Source: a bacterium (GTDB taxonomy: Bacteria; Bacillota_I; Bacilli_A; RF39; UBA660). From it: 64,000 bases of DNA. Below are positions 1 to 11,978 of the stretch, piece after piece; within the stretch, counting starts at the first letter, position 1; the number at the start of each line of letters is the position of its first letter. Under the pieces are notes generated by a model. That model searched no databases. It saw only the letters and a program-made list of their open reading frames with translations, and was not told where the DNA came from. The DNA lies in the NCBI GenBank assembly GCA_030524925.1, contig JAUNFS010000001.1:3963-67962 (forward strand). The letters run 5' to 3'. Both the position numbers and the translations under genes were made by a program.

Positions 1-226
1 CTTTGTTTTTGTAGATTTCTACTGTGGGAATGCTCATTACACCATGGCTTTGAGCTAGTTCCGTGTGAGTGTCAGTATCTACTTTGATAATTTTAATGCC
101 TTCTAATTCGGTAAGCTCCATACCAAGCATTTTGCATGGACCACACCAGTTCGCAAAAAAGTCAACGATAGTTAAGTCGTTTGTTAAAACATCATTTAAT
201 TCTTGATTACTTAGATATTCAATCAT
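1..226 (-). CDS. trxA: thioredoxin, N-terminal part only (C-terminus lies beyond the left window edge)
   Basis: Not in ORF track because it runs off the window. Hand translation of the reverse strand from ATG at 224-226 gives MIEYLSNQELNDVLTNDLTIVDFFANWCGPCKMLG...MSIPTVEIYKNK, with the canonical WCGPC redox motif. Confidence 0.85.
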   Translation of the reverse strand, partial: MIEYLSNQELNDVLTNDLTIVDFFANWCGPCKMLGMELTELEGIKIIKVDTDTHTELAQSHGVMSIPTVEIYKNK

Positions 227-947
227 TTTGGTTTTCCTTTCTATAATCATTAATAATATCACTTGCACCTGTGAATGTTAGTTTTTTGTTATTAACAAGT
301 TTTTCGGCACTTTCAGGGGTAATTATATTATATTTTAGTAATACTCTTAAGCTTTCAGCGTTAGCTTCGGTTTTGTCTTTTTCTTTTTCGTAGTTGATAC
401 AAATTGTATATACTTCATTTACACCGTTATAAGTGTCCTTGATGTAGCTTGATAATACTGGAGTTTTAGTTAGTAGTGTATCTGCATATGAACTTTTATT
501 TACTAGTTCTGAGGTACTACTGATGGTGCTTAGTAAGAATACTATAATAAATGATACGACTACGCCTTCTAGGACTCCGCAGATTAGACCACCAATGCGA
601 CTTGGAATGCCTAGGATAAGACCGCTATTTAAAAGTCTTCCGACAACACCAGTTACCTTGGCAATTATGCCTAAGATGGTACTAATAATTGCTAGAGTTA
701 CTGCATAACTTAGTCCTTCTATAACTAGAATATTAAATGTTTGTACACCACTAAATTTTCCAAATAAGCTTAAGAATGGTATATAGTCATAAAATAAATT
801 AGATATAGGATTTTTTAAGTAAAATGCTAGTATGATGACAATAATTGTCCCAACAAATGTTACTATACTATTAATTATTCCTTTTTTAAAACCAATTAGA
901 GCAGATAGTAATAAGACTCCAATGATTATATAATCTATTATGTTCAT
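219..947 (-). CDS. CvpA-family integral membrane protein
   Basis: 242-aa ORF. The N-terminal half has several hydrophobic helices and the typical CvpA start (MNIIDYIIIGVLLLSALIGFKKG), followed by a soluble C-terminal tail. Family call by recognition only. Confidence 0.55.
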   Translation of the reverse strand: MNIIDYIIIGVLLLSALIGFKKGIINSIVTFVGTIIVIILAFYLKNPISNLFYDYIPFLSLFGKFSGVQTFNILVIEGLSYAVTLAIISTILGIIAKVTGVVGRLLNSGLILGIPSRIGGLICGVLEGVVVSFIIVFLLSTISSTSELVNKSSYADTLLTKTPVLSSYIKDTYNGVNEVYTICINYEKEKDKTEANAESLRVLLKYNIITPESAEKLVNNKKLTFTGASDIINDYRKENQND

Positions 948-1041
948 TTAATCACATCCTATTAGAATTATATTATAAATGCTCAAAAAAATAAAGATTT
1001 ATTTATTCTTTTATGGTATTATTTTGTTAGGTGATTTGTGC

Positions 1042-1971
1042 ATGACTATTGTTTTTAAAGTTAGTGATAATATAAAAAATGAGATGATTAAGTATTATAG
1101 TGGTAAAAAAAGAAGTAAGACTCCACCTTATGCGATATTTCAAGCTGATGAGGCAGATACAATTATTACTTTGTATGAGTCAGGTAAAGCGATGTTTCAG
1201 GGAATGAGTGCAGACATTGATGCTAATATGTGGAAGGATTTAGAGAGGTCTTGGAATCACAGAGATATTGATTTGGAGCTTTCTAAGAAGGAAGAAAAGA
1301 AAAAGGAAGAAAAAGATACGAGATTTATAAATGCAGCTACGGTTGGTTCTGATGAGGTTGGTACAGGAGATTATTTTGGACCAATTGTAGTTACAGCTTC
1401 TTACGTTAGCAGAGATATGATGAAACTTTTAACTGATTTAGGCGTTAGGGATTCTAAAAAACTTACAGATGATAAGATTTTAAAGATTGGCCCTACTTTA
1501 ATTAAGGAAATACCACATGTTACTTATATTCTTAATAATGAAACTTATAATAAGTATGATCATAACATGAATAAGGTTAAAGCTATTTTACATAATAAAG
1601 TTCTTTGTGAGATTTTAAGTAAACCAAATATTAGTTATGATTATATTGTTGTTGACCAATTTTGTTATCCGAAGAATTATTTTGGCTATTTAAGTGGTGC
1701 TAAGGAAGTTTGTAAGCAGATTACTTTTACGACTAAGGCTGAAGATAAGTGTTTAAGTGTTGCGGCTTCTTCTATTATTAGTAGATATATTTTTCTTAAA
1801 GAATTTGATAAGCTTGGTGAAAGTGTTAATACATTTCTTAAGAAAGGTGCTGGCAAAGAGGTTGATGAGATTGGAGCAATGATTGTAAGAAAATATGGTT
1901 TTGATAAGCTTAAAAGCATTGCTAAATTGAATTTTAAAAATACTGAAAAGATAAAGGAACTTTTAAAGTAA
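1042..1971 (+). CDS. rnhC: ribonuclease HIII
   Basis: ORF 979..1971 trimmed to ATG 1042 (MTIVFKVSDN...). It has an N-terminal TBP-like domain and a GSDEVGTGDYFGP catalytic motif typical of RNase HIII. Confidence 0.8.
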   Translation: MTIVFKVSDNIKNEMIKYYSGKKRSKTPPYAIFQADEADTIITLYESGKAMFQGMSADIDANMWKDLERSWNHRDIDLELSKKEEKKKEEKDTRFINAATVGSDEVGTGDYFGPIVVTASYVSRDMMKLLTDLGVRDSKKLTDDKILKIGPTLIKEIPHVTYILNNETYNKYDHNMNKVKAILHNKVLCEILSKPNISYDYIVVDQFCYPKNYFGYLSGAKEVCKQITFTTKAEDKCLSVAASSIISRYIFLKEFDKLGESVNTFLKKGAGKEVDEIGAMIVRKYGFDKLKSIAKLNFKNTEKIKELLK

Positions 1972-2006
1972 TTTCTTTCTAACATGAATAAATTAAGCAA
2001 AATAAT

Positions 2007-2030
2007 AGCGAGTAATTAAACTCGCTTTTT
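2007..2030 (+). terminator. rho-independent terminator after rnhC
   Basis: Perfect 7-bp stem AGCGAGT / ACTCGCT (2007-2013, 2020-2026), loop AATTAA, followed by TTTT. Confidence 0.5.
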
Positions 2031-2925
2031 AGATGTGATTACTAATAAAGGTTTTAAGTAAACTATACTGAGGAATATTGGCACTTTTAAATTTATAGTC
2101 TAACTCAGCTAGTTCTAGCAAAATATTTTCTAGTTCTTCTTTTGTATATTTAATGCTTTTTTCTTTGGCTAGTTTCATACGGTATGGATGAACTGCTAGA
2201 ATTCTTGCTATTTCATCTGGGGTTTTATTCATGGCTTTAGCAAAATAGATTAGACGGTAAGATGATGCAAGAAGAGCAACAAATGGTATACAGTCATTTT
2301 TTGAAACTTCAAAGTCATTAAGGAGTTTGGGAATAGCTCCATAATTTTTATTTGTAATAGCATCAGCTAAAGCGTATGATTCATCGCTTACTAATTTAGC
2401 TCCATAATCCTCTACTTCACTTTCAGTTATATTTTTAGTGATATTACTTATTTTATCTATTTCATTTAATACTAAATCATAGTTGTTTAGGTTGTATTCA
2501 AAAAGCAAGTTTAGAGCTCCGTAAGAAATTTTAATATTTTGACTTTTAGCATAGTTATTTGCTTTCATGTTTAGTTCGTTTGGTTTAAGTTCACTTATTT
2601 CAATTACATGACCATTTTTATTTATTAATTTATAAATTACGCTTCTTTTATCTATACTATCGGTAATTAAAATTAGTTTGGTTTTATCATTTGGATGCTC
2701 TAGATAGCTTTCTATTTTTTTGCTTTCGGCGCTAATTTTAAAATTTCTAACGATTACTATTTTGTCTTCGTCAAGTAGTGATATGTAGTTGCATTCTTCT
2801 ATAACTTCATTAATATTTGAGTCACTGTAATTGATTTTGGTGATATTAGTAGCGTTTTTGGTTATTTTATTTAGTTCATCGTTTAGTAGTCTTTCTGAGA
2901 AACTAGATATTAGATAGATATTCAT
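2029..2925 (-). CDS. holA: DNA polymerase III delta subunit
   Basis: 298-aa ORF. The pattern (MNIYLISSFS..., DKIVIVRNF, helical C-terminal domain ending LELAELDYKFKS) matches HolA of Bacillota. Recognition only. Confidence 0.7.
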   Translation of the reverse strand: MNIYLISSFSERLLNDELNKITKNATNITKINYSDSNINEVIEECNYISLLDEDKIVIVRNFKISAESKKIESYLEHPNDKTKLILITDSIDKRSVIYKLINKNGHVIEISELKPNELNMKANNYAKSQNIKISYGALNLLFEYNLNNYDLVLNEIDKISNITKNITESEVEDYGAKLVSDESYALADAITNKNYGAIPKLLNDFEVSKNDCIPFVALLASSYRLIYFAKAMNKTPDEIARILAVHPYRMKLAKEKSIKYTKEELENILLELAELDYKFKSANIPQYSLLKTFISNHI

Positions 2926-2928
2926 AAG

Positions 2929-3450
2929 CTAGTCCTTTACGATACCAATTTTAGAAAATGGGTAAAGAACAATATTGGTTTTACCTAGGATTTGGTCTTT
3001 TTTGATTGGACCGATGATTCTACTATCTTGAGATAAAATACGGTTATCACCCATTACAAAGTATTCGTCATCTTTTAGTTTTACTTCATCAAAGTCAGTT
3101 GTTTCAGATAGAGAGTATTTATCTTCTACTTCTTTTTCGTTAATGTATAATTTACCATCTATGTAGCTGACGCTTTCTCCAGGAAAAGCAATAACTCTTT
3201 TGATGATTGGTTTTTTATCAGTTTTTACTACGACAATGTCAAAACGTTTTAGGCCGTGAACTTTATAACCTATTTTATTTAATATCATAATATCGCCATC
3301 TTCAAGGGTTGTAAACATACTTGGACCGTTTACTTTAATTGGAGTAGCGATAAATGTTCTAATAATAATTACCGCTAAAATGATGATTAGATATGGAATA
3401 TAGTCTGATATTACTTCTCTACTTGGGATTATTTTTTTCTCTTTTTTCAT
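2929..3450 (-). CDS. lepB: signal peptidase I
   Basis: 173 aa with an N-terminal TM anchor, GPSM catalytic Ser box, KRVIAFPGE Lys box and GDNRxxSxDSR box. Confidence 0.85.
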   Translation of the reverse strand: MKKEKKIIPSREVISDYIPYLIIILAVIIIRTFIATPIKVNGPSMFTTLEDGDIMILNKIGYKVHGLKRFDIVVVKTDKKPIIKRVIAFPGESVSYIDGKLYINEKEVEDKYSLSETTDFDEVKLKDDEYFVMGDNRILSQDSRIIGPIKKDQILGKTNIVLYPFSKIGIVKD

Positions 3451-3501
3451 CGTTAGTCACCTAGTTAATTATATCAAAGAATATGGATTCTATAAAGGGG
3501 G

Positions 3502-4572
3502 TTATAATGTTTTTAAACTATTTTCTTTTGACTTTGCTGCTGTGATACTTGTAATTGTGTCATTTAATAGTTCGTTTTTACTGGTTAGTGGTCCAGTTAT
3601 TTTTAGGTTTAAATAAGTATCAATATCGTAAGGATATGATGAAATAGTAAGGCCTTCACATTCGCTTGTAAGTCTTAAGAAAGTTCTTAAAAATTTTTCG
3701 GTTAAATTGGTTTGAATTTTTTCTTGCTCGTTATTTAGAGTTTCTTCAGCTTCAACGTTTAAATTTTTGTATTTCACTTTTTTATCAATGGCAATTTTTT
3801 TGGCATTCCAGCGTTCTATTAATATGCTTGATATTTTAATTTTTGTAATTCCAAGAGTATTTATGAAAGCTAAGATGATACTGGCCGCTACGGTAAAACT
3901 TGCGGTGGTATCTTCTAGATGTGCTTCACTTTCATTTTTAAAACCACTGTTAACTTTATATAATAATCTATTAATTTTCTTGGTGTATGGTGTTTTTTCT
4001 TGCTCACGATTTTGAATAGCATAGATGTATAAAGTGTTGTCTGACATGCCGAATTTTATTTCAGGAAAATAATATATCCCTTCATCACTATTTAGAGAGC
4101 TTACTAGTTTGTAAGGGGTTTCATTACACTCTTTATCTTTAACTATACTTGACTTTAAGTAACTATTAAATATTGGAATAAATGCGTTTATTTTATTTTT
4201 TGATAGGTCTGAATTTAAAAATTTGATTCTTCTTTCTAGAAAACTAATTGGGTCATCAAAATCATCAGTTGTAGCATTTGCGAATAGATAAGCAAGGAGG
4301 CACTTTATTTTATCTGAACTTGTACCTTCAAATACTGATAGGTCATAAAAGTTTAGAGCACTTTCTACGTAAGACAGAAGGAATGAGTCAAATTTCGTTT
4401 TTTCTTTAATATTTAGATTCGGTATTAATATTCCCTCTTTAGGAGCACTAGTGGTTACTTGTTTTCCGTCAATCGTAGTTGTGAATATAATGTTGTACGT
4501 AAAAAAGGCTTCTATGGTTCCCAGAGATGCTTCTTTAATAAAGCTATTATAAAATATATTTAATATGTTCAT
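3502..4572 (-). CDS. hypothetical protein (356 aa, soluble, no recognisable motif)
   Basis: Long uninterrupted ORF in the same orientation as its neighbours. I recognise no motif. Confidence 0.5.
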   Translation of the reverse strand: MNILNIFYNSFIKEASLGTIEAFFTYNIIFTTTIDGKQVTTSAPKEGILIPNLNIKEKTKFDSFLLSYVESALNFYDLSVFEGTSSDKIKCLLAYLFANATTDDFDDPISFLERRIKFLNSDLSKNKINAFIPIFNSYLKSSIVKDKECNETPYKLVSSLNSDEGIYYFPEIKFGMSDNTLYIYAIQNREQEKTPYTKKINRLLYKVNSGFKNESEAHLEDTTASFTVAASIILAFINTLGITKIKISSILIERWNAKKIAIDKKVKYKNLNVEAEETLNNEQEKIQTNLTEKFLRTFLRLTSECEGLTISSYPYDIDTYLNLKITGPLTSKNELLNDTITSITAAKSKENSLKTL

Positions 4573-4600
4573 GTTTTTTCCTCTAGTTAATTATAACAAA

Positions 4601-4630
4601 ATAAAAAAATTCTATAAAGTGCTTATAGAA
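4601..4630 (-). terminator. rho-independent terminator after dnaJ
   Basis: Perfect 8-bp stem TTCTATAA / TTATAGAA (4610-4617, 4623-4630), loop AGTGC. An A7 run on the plus strand gives a U-run on the minus transcript. The stem overlaps the dnaJ stop codon. Confidence 0.5.
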
Positions 4631-5753
4631 ATTTTTTCATTTTTTTAAAGGCTTCGCTGTTATCTAGAGTAGTTTCTGATAATTCATTAAATAAATTCTT
4701 TTGGTTTTTATCTAACTTCGTAGGAATGATAATGTTAGTTATAACATACATATCACCTTGTTTACCAATCTTTTCATCATCTACTCCGGCACCTTTAACT
4801 TTAATTTTTTCGTTGTTTTGAGTTCCAGCTGGAATGTCTATGGTTATTTTACCATTAATTGATGGTATTTCTTTTTCGCATCCTAAAACTGCTTCTGTTA
4901 TTGTAAGAGGACAAATTAGATATATGTCTTTGCCATCTCTTTTAAATAGTTCGTGTTCTTTAACAGAGAATTCTATATAAATATCACCGTTTGGTCCACC
5001 ATTAATACCACTTGAGGCTTTGCCGGTCATACGCATTTGGTCACCAGTTTCAATACCTCTTGGAACGCGCATGGTTATGGTTTTTTCACGGCGAATTACG
5101 CCTTTGCCTTTACATTCAGAGCAGTTGTTATCAAATGTTTCCCCGCTTCCGTGACAAGTAGGACAAACAGTTTCAGTTTGAATTACGCCAAATAATGATC
5201 TTTGAGATGTTACTACTCTTCCCTTTCCGTTACATTTTGGGCAGGTGTGAGATCCTATACCACCTTTTCCTTGACAGGAACTGCACTGCTCGTTAACCAT
5301 TATTTTAAAGGTTTTTTCACAGCCGAATACGGCTTCTTCAAATGTTAGGGTTAGTTTTACTAGAGCATCATCACCTTTTACGGCTGTTTTTCTTGCTCCA
5401 CCGGTTCTTCTACTACGACCACCACCCATTAGGTTTTCAAATATATCACTTAGGTCTATATCGCCAAAATCAAAGCCTGAAAAGCCACCAAACCCACCTT
5501 GGAAGTCTCCAAAACCACCACTGCCAGTGCCATCAAAAGCACTACTGCCAAATCGATCATATTGGCTTCTTTTTGCTGGATCACTTAGAACAGAATAAGC
5601 CTCGCCAATTTCTTTAAATTTTTCAGCGGCATCTTCGGTTTTGTTAACGTCTGGATGGTATTTTTTTGCTAATTTACGAAATGCACTTTTAATTTCATCA
5701 TCAGTGGCAGTTTTAGGAACGCCTAATACTTCATAATAATCTTTTTTTGCCAT
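4623..5753 (-). CDS. dnaJ: molecular chaperone DnaJ
   Basis: J domain with HPD (KKYHPDVNK), G/F-rich linker and four CxxCxGxG zinc-finger repeats. Confidence 0.95.
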   Translation of the reverse strand: MAKKDYYEVLGVPKTATDDEIKSAFRKLAKKYHPDVNKTEDAAEKFKEIGEAYSVLSDPAKRSQYDRFGSSAFDGTGSGGFGDFQGGFGGFSGFDFGDIDLSDIFENLMGGGRSRRTGGARKTAVKGDDALVKLTLTFEEAVFGCEKTFKIMVNEQCSSCQGKGGIGSHTCPKCNGKGRVVTSQRSLFGVIQTETVCPTCHGSGETFDNNCSECKGKGVIRREKTITMRVPRGIETGDQMRMTGKASSGINGGPNGDIYIEFSVKEHELFKRDGKDIYLICPLTITEAVLGCEKEIPSINGKITIDIPAGTQNNEKIKVKGAGVDDEKIGKQGDMYVITNIIIPTKLDKNQKNLFNELSETTLDNSEAFKKMKKFL

Positions 5754-7540
5754 TAACTATCACTTTCCTCATTAAATTCATCTATTAGATCACTAAAGAA
5801 TGATATTGCATTATCGTAAACATCTTCTTTAGTCATATCAATACCAATATTTTTTAGTAGTTCTACTGGGTAATTGGTGTCACCACTTTTTAAGAATTTG
5901 ATATATTTTTGTTGCATATCATCTTCGTTTTTAATAATTTTTGTTGCAACGGTAATTGCTGCTACTACGCCAGTAGCGTATTTATATAGGTAAAATGGAT
6001 AAAAATAGTGTTCTCTTCTAATCCATGAGTAAGAGCTTAAATCGTCTAGTTCTACTTCTTTGCCATAGTATTTTTCTTTAATTTCTTTAATTGTATTGGT
6101 TAGAAATTCTTCACCGATGATTTCATTTTTGTCTAACATCTCATACGCTTTGTTTTCTAGTTCACCTTCTAAGCAAGCATCAAATAAGTTGTTTTGAATT
6201 AGTTCAATCATATTATAAATCGCTATTAATTTTAGTTTTTTGTTACGGCTATTTTCTTTGATAAAATAAGATAGGATTAATTCATTAGTTAGTGATGCTA
6301 CTTCGGCTACGAAGATGTCATTATCATAGTTATGTTTGTCATTGTTTTTTTGACTTAGATAATAATGAACTGCATGACCAAGTTCATGGGCAATGGTACT
6401 TACATCACTAAATTTACCAAAGAAGTTTAGTAAGATAACGGGATGTCCATTATAGCATGATGTACAGTAGCCACCACTTGATTTACCTTTATATGAGCAG
6501 TAATCAAGCCATTTTTCGTTAAAGGCTTTACTAATAACATCTGCATATTCTTTTCCATAGATTTTTGTGCTTTCAGTAACTAGATACTGAGCATCTTCAA
6601 CTGAGAAACTCATTTCATCAGTTAGAATTTGGGCAGATAAATCGTAACTTGCTAATTTTTCTAAACCTAAACTGGTTTTAATTAAGCGCAAGTATTTTTG
6701 ATAGATGTTTAATCTTTTATGAACGACATTATAAAGACTAGTTACTACATCTTTTGGGATATTTGATGAGTCTAATTCAGCTTCAAGCGACGAATTAAAT
6801 TTACGAATATTTGCCATAATACTTTCGTTTTTCATACTACTAATTAAGTTTTCTGCAAAAATATTTTTGAATTTTTTGTTTGTGGTTGTTAGCATCTCGT
6901 AAGCTTTTTTTCTAGTATTACGGTCTTTGCTTTGCATGATAATGCGATAAGAACTATTAGTTATTTTGGTAGTCGTGCCATTATCATTTATTATTCCATA
7001 GTCTAATACTGAGTTTAACAAAGTGTTATTTACGTTTCTAAATGCACTATTGGTGCTAGTTAGTTTAGTAATTAGTTCTTCTTCAGTGGCTGATAAGGTA
7101 TGGTCTTTAGTTCTTAACATATTTTCTATGTAAAAACGGTATTTGCTAAGTTTTTGCGTGTTTAACATTTTTTTGATTTTATCAGTTTCCGTCTTGATTA
7201 TTTCAGGTTCAATAAAACTAGAAAGAGATATAAAATCAGTATATGTTTTATGAATTTTGCTTAGCATTAAAGCATTTTCACTGTTTTCTAGATCTTCATC
7301 ATGTTTTAAGTTAGCATAAACATATAATTTTGCTAATCTAGCGTCATAGGCAAAGTATTCTTCTAAAGTTTGATATAACATGTTTGCAGATTTAGTTACT
7401 TTGCCTTTATATTCTTTAATTTTTGAGTATTCTGTTTTAATTTTTAAGTAATCTTTTCCCCAGTCTTTTGCTGTTTTATAATAGCTTGTTAAGTCCCATT
7501 TATAGTCTTTTTCTACTTCGTTACGATTATTATATTCCAC
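5753..7540 (-). CDS. pepF: oligoendopeptidase F (M3B metallopeptidase)
   Basis: ORF of about 600 aa with the HELGHAVH zinc motif. The track start is TTG 7552; GTG at 7538-7540 lies 5 nt after GGAGG and is the more likely start. Its stop TAA shares one base with the dnaJ ATG (TAATG). Confidence 0.85.
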   Translation of the reverse strand: MEYNNRNEVEKDYKWDLTSYYKTAKDWGKDYLKIKTEYSKIKEYKGKVTKSANMLYQTLEEYFAYDARLAKLYVYANLKHDEDLENSENALMLSKIHKTYTDFISLSSFIEPEIIKTETDKIKKMLNTQKLSKYRFYIENMLRTKDHTLSATEEELITKLTSTNSAFRNVNNTLLNSVLDYGIINDNGTTTKITNSSYRIIMQSKDRNTRKKAYEMLTTTNKKFKNIFAENLISSMKNESIMANIRKFNSSLEAELDSSNIPKDVVTSLYNVVHKRLNIYQKYLRLIKTSLGLEKLASYDLSAQILTDEMSFSVEDAQYLVTESTKIYGKEYADVISKAFNEKWLDYCSYKGKSSGGYCTSCYNGHPVILLNFFGKFSDVSTIAHELGHAVHYYLSQKNNDKHNYDNDIFVAEVASLTNELILSYFIKENSRNKKLKLIAIYNMIELIQNNLFDACLEGELENKAYEMLDKNEIIGEEFLTNTIKEIKEKYYGKEVELDDLSSYSWIRREHYFYPFYLYKYATGVVAAITVATKIIKNEDDMQQKYIKFLKSGDTNYPVELLKNIGIDMTKEDVYDNAISFFSDLIDEFNEESDS

Positions 7541-7550
7541 TTTTACCTCC

Positions 7551-7578
7551 AAGAAAAGTTCTAGATACTTTCTAGAAC
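7551..7578 (-). terminator. terminator-like hairpin between dnaK and pepF
   Basis: Perfect 8-bp stem GTTCTAGA / TCTAGAAC (7558-7565, 7571-7578), loop TACTT, followed on the minus strand by UUUUCUU. It overlaps the pepF RBS region, so it may act as an attenuator rather than a full stop. Confidence 0.4.
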
Positions 7579-7581
7579 CTT

Positions 7582-9917
<2,336 letters not shown>

Positions 9918-9920
9918 AAA

Positions 9921-10910
9921 TTACCTTTCTATGTAGTTTTTTAAATAGTTTAGTAAGGTTACTACTTTATCGTACTCCATTCGTTTTGGTCCAATAATAG
10001 CAATAGTTCCTTCTTCACCATCAATGTTATAACTAGTTTTGATGACCGTTACATTAGGATCAAATTTATTTTCTTCTCCAATATAAATATTTACTTCTTT
10101 TTCGTCTGTTTCAATCTTTTTGATTAAATCCATGTTTTCTAGTTTACCAATCATATTCTTGATTTTGTCAGGACTATCATATTCAGGTTGTTTTAAGATA
10201 TTGGTTTTCCCTTGGAAGAAAATATCACTATTTTTAACGGTAAAATCATTAAATGCATCATAGAAGAAATTCATGACACTTTCGTAGGCTTTGATTTGCT
10301 TAGCAATAATAGGCTTTATTTCATATTCAAGTTTACTACTTATTTCAGTTAGTTTGGTTCCAGTTAGTTTTTTATTTATTAAATCACAGGCTTTAATCAT
10401 TTCATCTACACTAATATTTTCAGGGATGATGCTTTGTTTATTTTCTACGTGACCAGTGTTAGTAACAACTACGGCAACTATTTTTTTATCATCTATTGGG
10501 ACTATTGATACTTGTTTTAGGGTATTGTTATCGCTTTCTTTTCCTAAGACAATACTTGTATAGTTAGTTATATCACTAATTATTTCCATACATTTTACTA
10601 TTGCATCACTGATTACTAAATCTTTATTATTTAATATTGTTTGAAGTTTTAATACTTCATCTCCTGTTAATTCTTTAGGTTTCATTAAATTATCTACATA
10701 ATATTTGTATCCTGCTTCGCTAGGGATTCTACCACTAGAGATATGCGTCTTTTCTAAAAATCCTAAGGTTTCTAGAAATGCCATATCATTTCTGATTGTT
10801 GCACTGGAACATTTTAGTTTCTTTACTAATGATTTAGATCCTACTGGCTTAACTGTTTTAATATAAGTTTCAACTATTAATCTTAATAGTTCGTTTTGTC
10901 TATTATTCAA
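9921..10910 (-). CDS. hrcA: heat-inducible transcription repressor HrcA
   Basis: 329 aa with an N-terminal winged helix (RQNELLRLIVETYIKTVKPVGSKSL). TTG start at 10908-10910, 7 nt after AAAGGAGG. CIRCE elements lie immediately upstream. Confidence 0.9.
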   Translation of the reverse strand: MNNRQNELLRLIVETYIKTVKPVGSKSLVKKLKCSSATIRNDMAFLETLGFLEKTHISSGRIPSEAGYKYYVDNLMKPKELTGDEVLKLQTILNNKDLVISDAIVKCMEIISDITNYTSIVLGKESDNNTLKQVSIVPIDDKKIVAVVVTNTGHVENKQSIIPENISVDEMIKACDLINKKLTGTKLTEISSKLEYEIKPIIAKQIKAYESVMNFFYDAFNDFTVKNSDIFFQGKTNILKQPEYDSPDKIKNMIGKLENMDLIKKIETDEKEVNIYIGEENKFDPNVTVIKTSYNIDGEEGTIAIIGPKRMEYDKVVTLLNYLKNYIER

Positions 10911-10923
10911 GTTCTAGCCTCCT

Positions 10924-10950
10924 TTAGCACTCTTTCTTTTCAAATGCTAA
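10924..10950 (-). promoter_or_regulatory. CIRCE operator (proximal, overlaps RBS)
   Basis: Minus strand reads TTAGCATTT-N9-GAGTGCTAA, against the consensus TTAGCACTC-N9-GAGTGCTAA. The right arm is perfect and the left arm has 2 mismatches. Confidence 0.7.
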
Positions 10951-10954
10951 TATC

Positions 10955-10983
10955 ATTATAATATTATGCGTAGCACTTGTCAA
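10955..10983 (-). promoter_or_regulatory. sigma-A type promoter of the hrcA operon
   Basis: Minus strand reads TTGACA (10978-10983), 17-nt spacer, TATAAT (10955-10960). Both hexamers match the consensus. Confidence 0.65.
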
Positions 10984-10997
10984 TATATGAGTGCTAA
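10970..10997 (-). promoter_or_regulatory. CIRCE-like operator (distal, spans the -35 box)
   Basis: Minus strand reads TTAGCACTC-N10-AAGTGCTAC. The left arm is perfect, the right arm has 2 mismatches and the spacer is 10 rather than 9 nt. The TTGACA -35 box lies inside the spacer. Confidence 0.55.
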
Positions 10998-11042
10998 TTT
11001 TTAGATTTTTTTGTAAATTAAAAAAGATAACTTACTAGTTAC

Positions 11043-11396
11043 CTATTTCTTTAAGTATATTAAAATTATAGCAGCTGCTATACCACTTAGGATAGTGCCT
11101 AGCAGGATGCAAATGTTTACTACATGGCCGTTGTTGTTAGATTGGTTCTTTTCTAGCACTTTGATCCTGCCTTGCTCTTTAGCTACTTTTTCTCTTTCTA
11201 GGGTTTCACTGCGCTTTTTATTTATTATTTCGTTATATTTTCTTACGATGTTTTGGTCTTCTGGCGTGCTACTATTTTTTACTTCTTCTACGTAGCCATC
11301 TAAAACATTTTGCTCATCATATGTAATTGTGCCGTTTGCAAATTTTTCTAAATAGTTATTTATAATCTGCCTTACTTCATCACTAACCAAATTCAT
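11043..11396 (-). CDS. hypothetical tail-anchored membrane protein
   Basis: 117 aa with a charged helical N-terminus and a single C-terminal TM (VVNICILLGTILSGIAAAIILIYL). Confidence 0.5.
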   Translation of the reverse strand: MNLVSDEVRQIINNYLEKFANGTITYDEQNVLDGYVEEVKNSSTPEDQNIVRKYNEIINKKRSETLEREKVAKEQGRIKVLEKNQSNNNGHVVNICILLGTILSGIAAAIILIYLKK

Positions 11397-11407
11397 AAGC
11401 CACCTAC

Positions 11408-11944
11408 CTATACACTCATTAATTCGTTTTCTTTTTCTTTTACTTTGTCGTCAACTATTTTATTATATTTTGTAATAAGTTCTTGAATTTTATCATTCAA
11501 TCTATTTTGTTCATCTTCAGGCATTTCAGCTTTTTTAATTTCATTACGAGCATCTTCTCTAGCGTTTCTTAGAGCTACTTTAGCATCCTCACCCATACCT
11601 TTTACTTGTTTAACATATTCTTTTCTTCTTTCTTCGTTTAATTCAGGAATTGTTAAAATTACCATTTCACCATTATTTGTTGGAGTAATTCCTAGATTAG
11701 CTTCATGGATAGCTTTTTCTATTTCTTTAACTAAAGTTTTATCAAATGGTTTAATAAACAGTTGTCTTGCTTCTGGTACGGTAATGTTAGCAACTTGATT
11801 TAGAGGAGTTGATGTTCCATAATATTCTACATTTATACCATTAAGCATTGCTGGGTTCGCTCTACCTGCTCTTACGTTTGTAAATCTTGCTTCCATATTT
11901 TCTATGGCTTTTTGCATTTTTATTTCTGCGTTTTCTATATACAT
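11408..11944 (-). CDS. frr: ribosome recycling factor
   Basis: 178 aa. FTNVRAGRANPAMLNGINVEYYG and ITVPEARQLFIKPFDK are typical RRF segments. Confidence 0.92.
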   Translation of the reverse strand: MYIENAEIKMQKAIENMEARFTNVRAGRANPAMLNGINVEYYGTSTPLNQVANITVPEARQLFIKPFDKTLVKEIEKAIHEANLGITPTNNGEMVILTIPELNEERRKEYVKQVKGMGEDAKVALRNAREDARNEIKKAEMPEDEQNRLNDKIQELITKYNKIVDDKVKEKENELMSV

Positions 11945-11978
11945 ATTTTTCTCTCCTTATTAATAATATTATACCTAA

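Noticed and set aside
523-708. Plus-strand 61-aa ORF inside cvpA. The same class of antisense ORFs occurs at 3767-4015, 5342-5617, 8037-8258, 11095-11295, 14687-14875, 16556-16804, 17353-17610, 20206-20843, 21958-22167, 23393-23635, 27639-28079, 28534-28770, 29508-30386, 32077-32725, 37240-37497, 38377-38619, 40296-40508, 41830-42198, 42278-42484, 43657-43887, 45376-45606, 46259-46600, 50993-51187, 51845-52249, 54731-55087, 54843-55040, 55189-55667, 57825-58019, 58456-58686, 61576-61767 and 63047-63271.
   Set aside because: All lie antisense to long, motif-supported minus-strand genes. Their products are low-complexity (L/F/S/I-rich, as expected from reading AT-rich coding sequence backwards) and they have no RBS or promoter context.
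979-1041. N-terminal 21-codon extension of rnhC in the ORF track. Similar extensions occur at 38889-38945 (rpsB), 50155-50196 (thrS), 21529-21582 (pilin), 9391-9399 (dnaK) and 7541-7552 (pepF).
   Set aside because: The extensions are hydrophobic or nonsensical and lack an RBS, or they overlap leader or terminator RNA structure. Internal starts have good Shine-Dalgarno spacing and match the conserved N-termini.
1686-2000. Minus-strand 104-aa ORF overlapping the 3' end of rnhC.
   Set aside because: It is antisense to a well-supported RNase HIII gene, has a low-complexity product and ends within the rnhC terminator.
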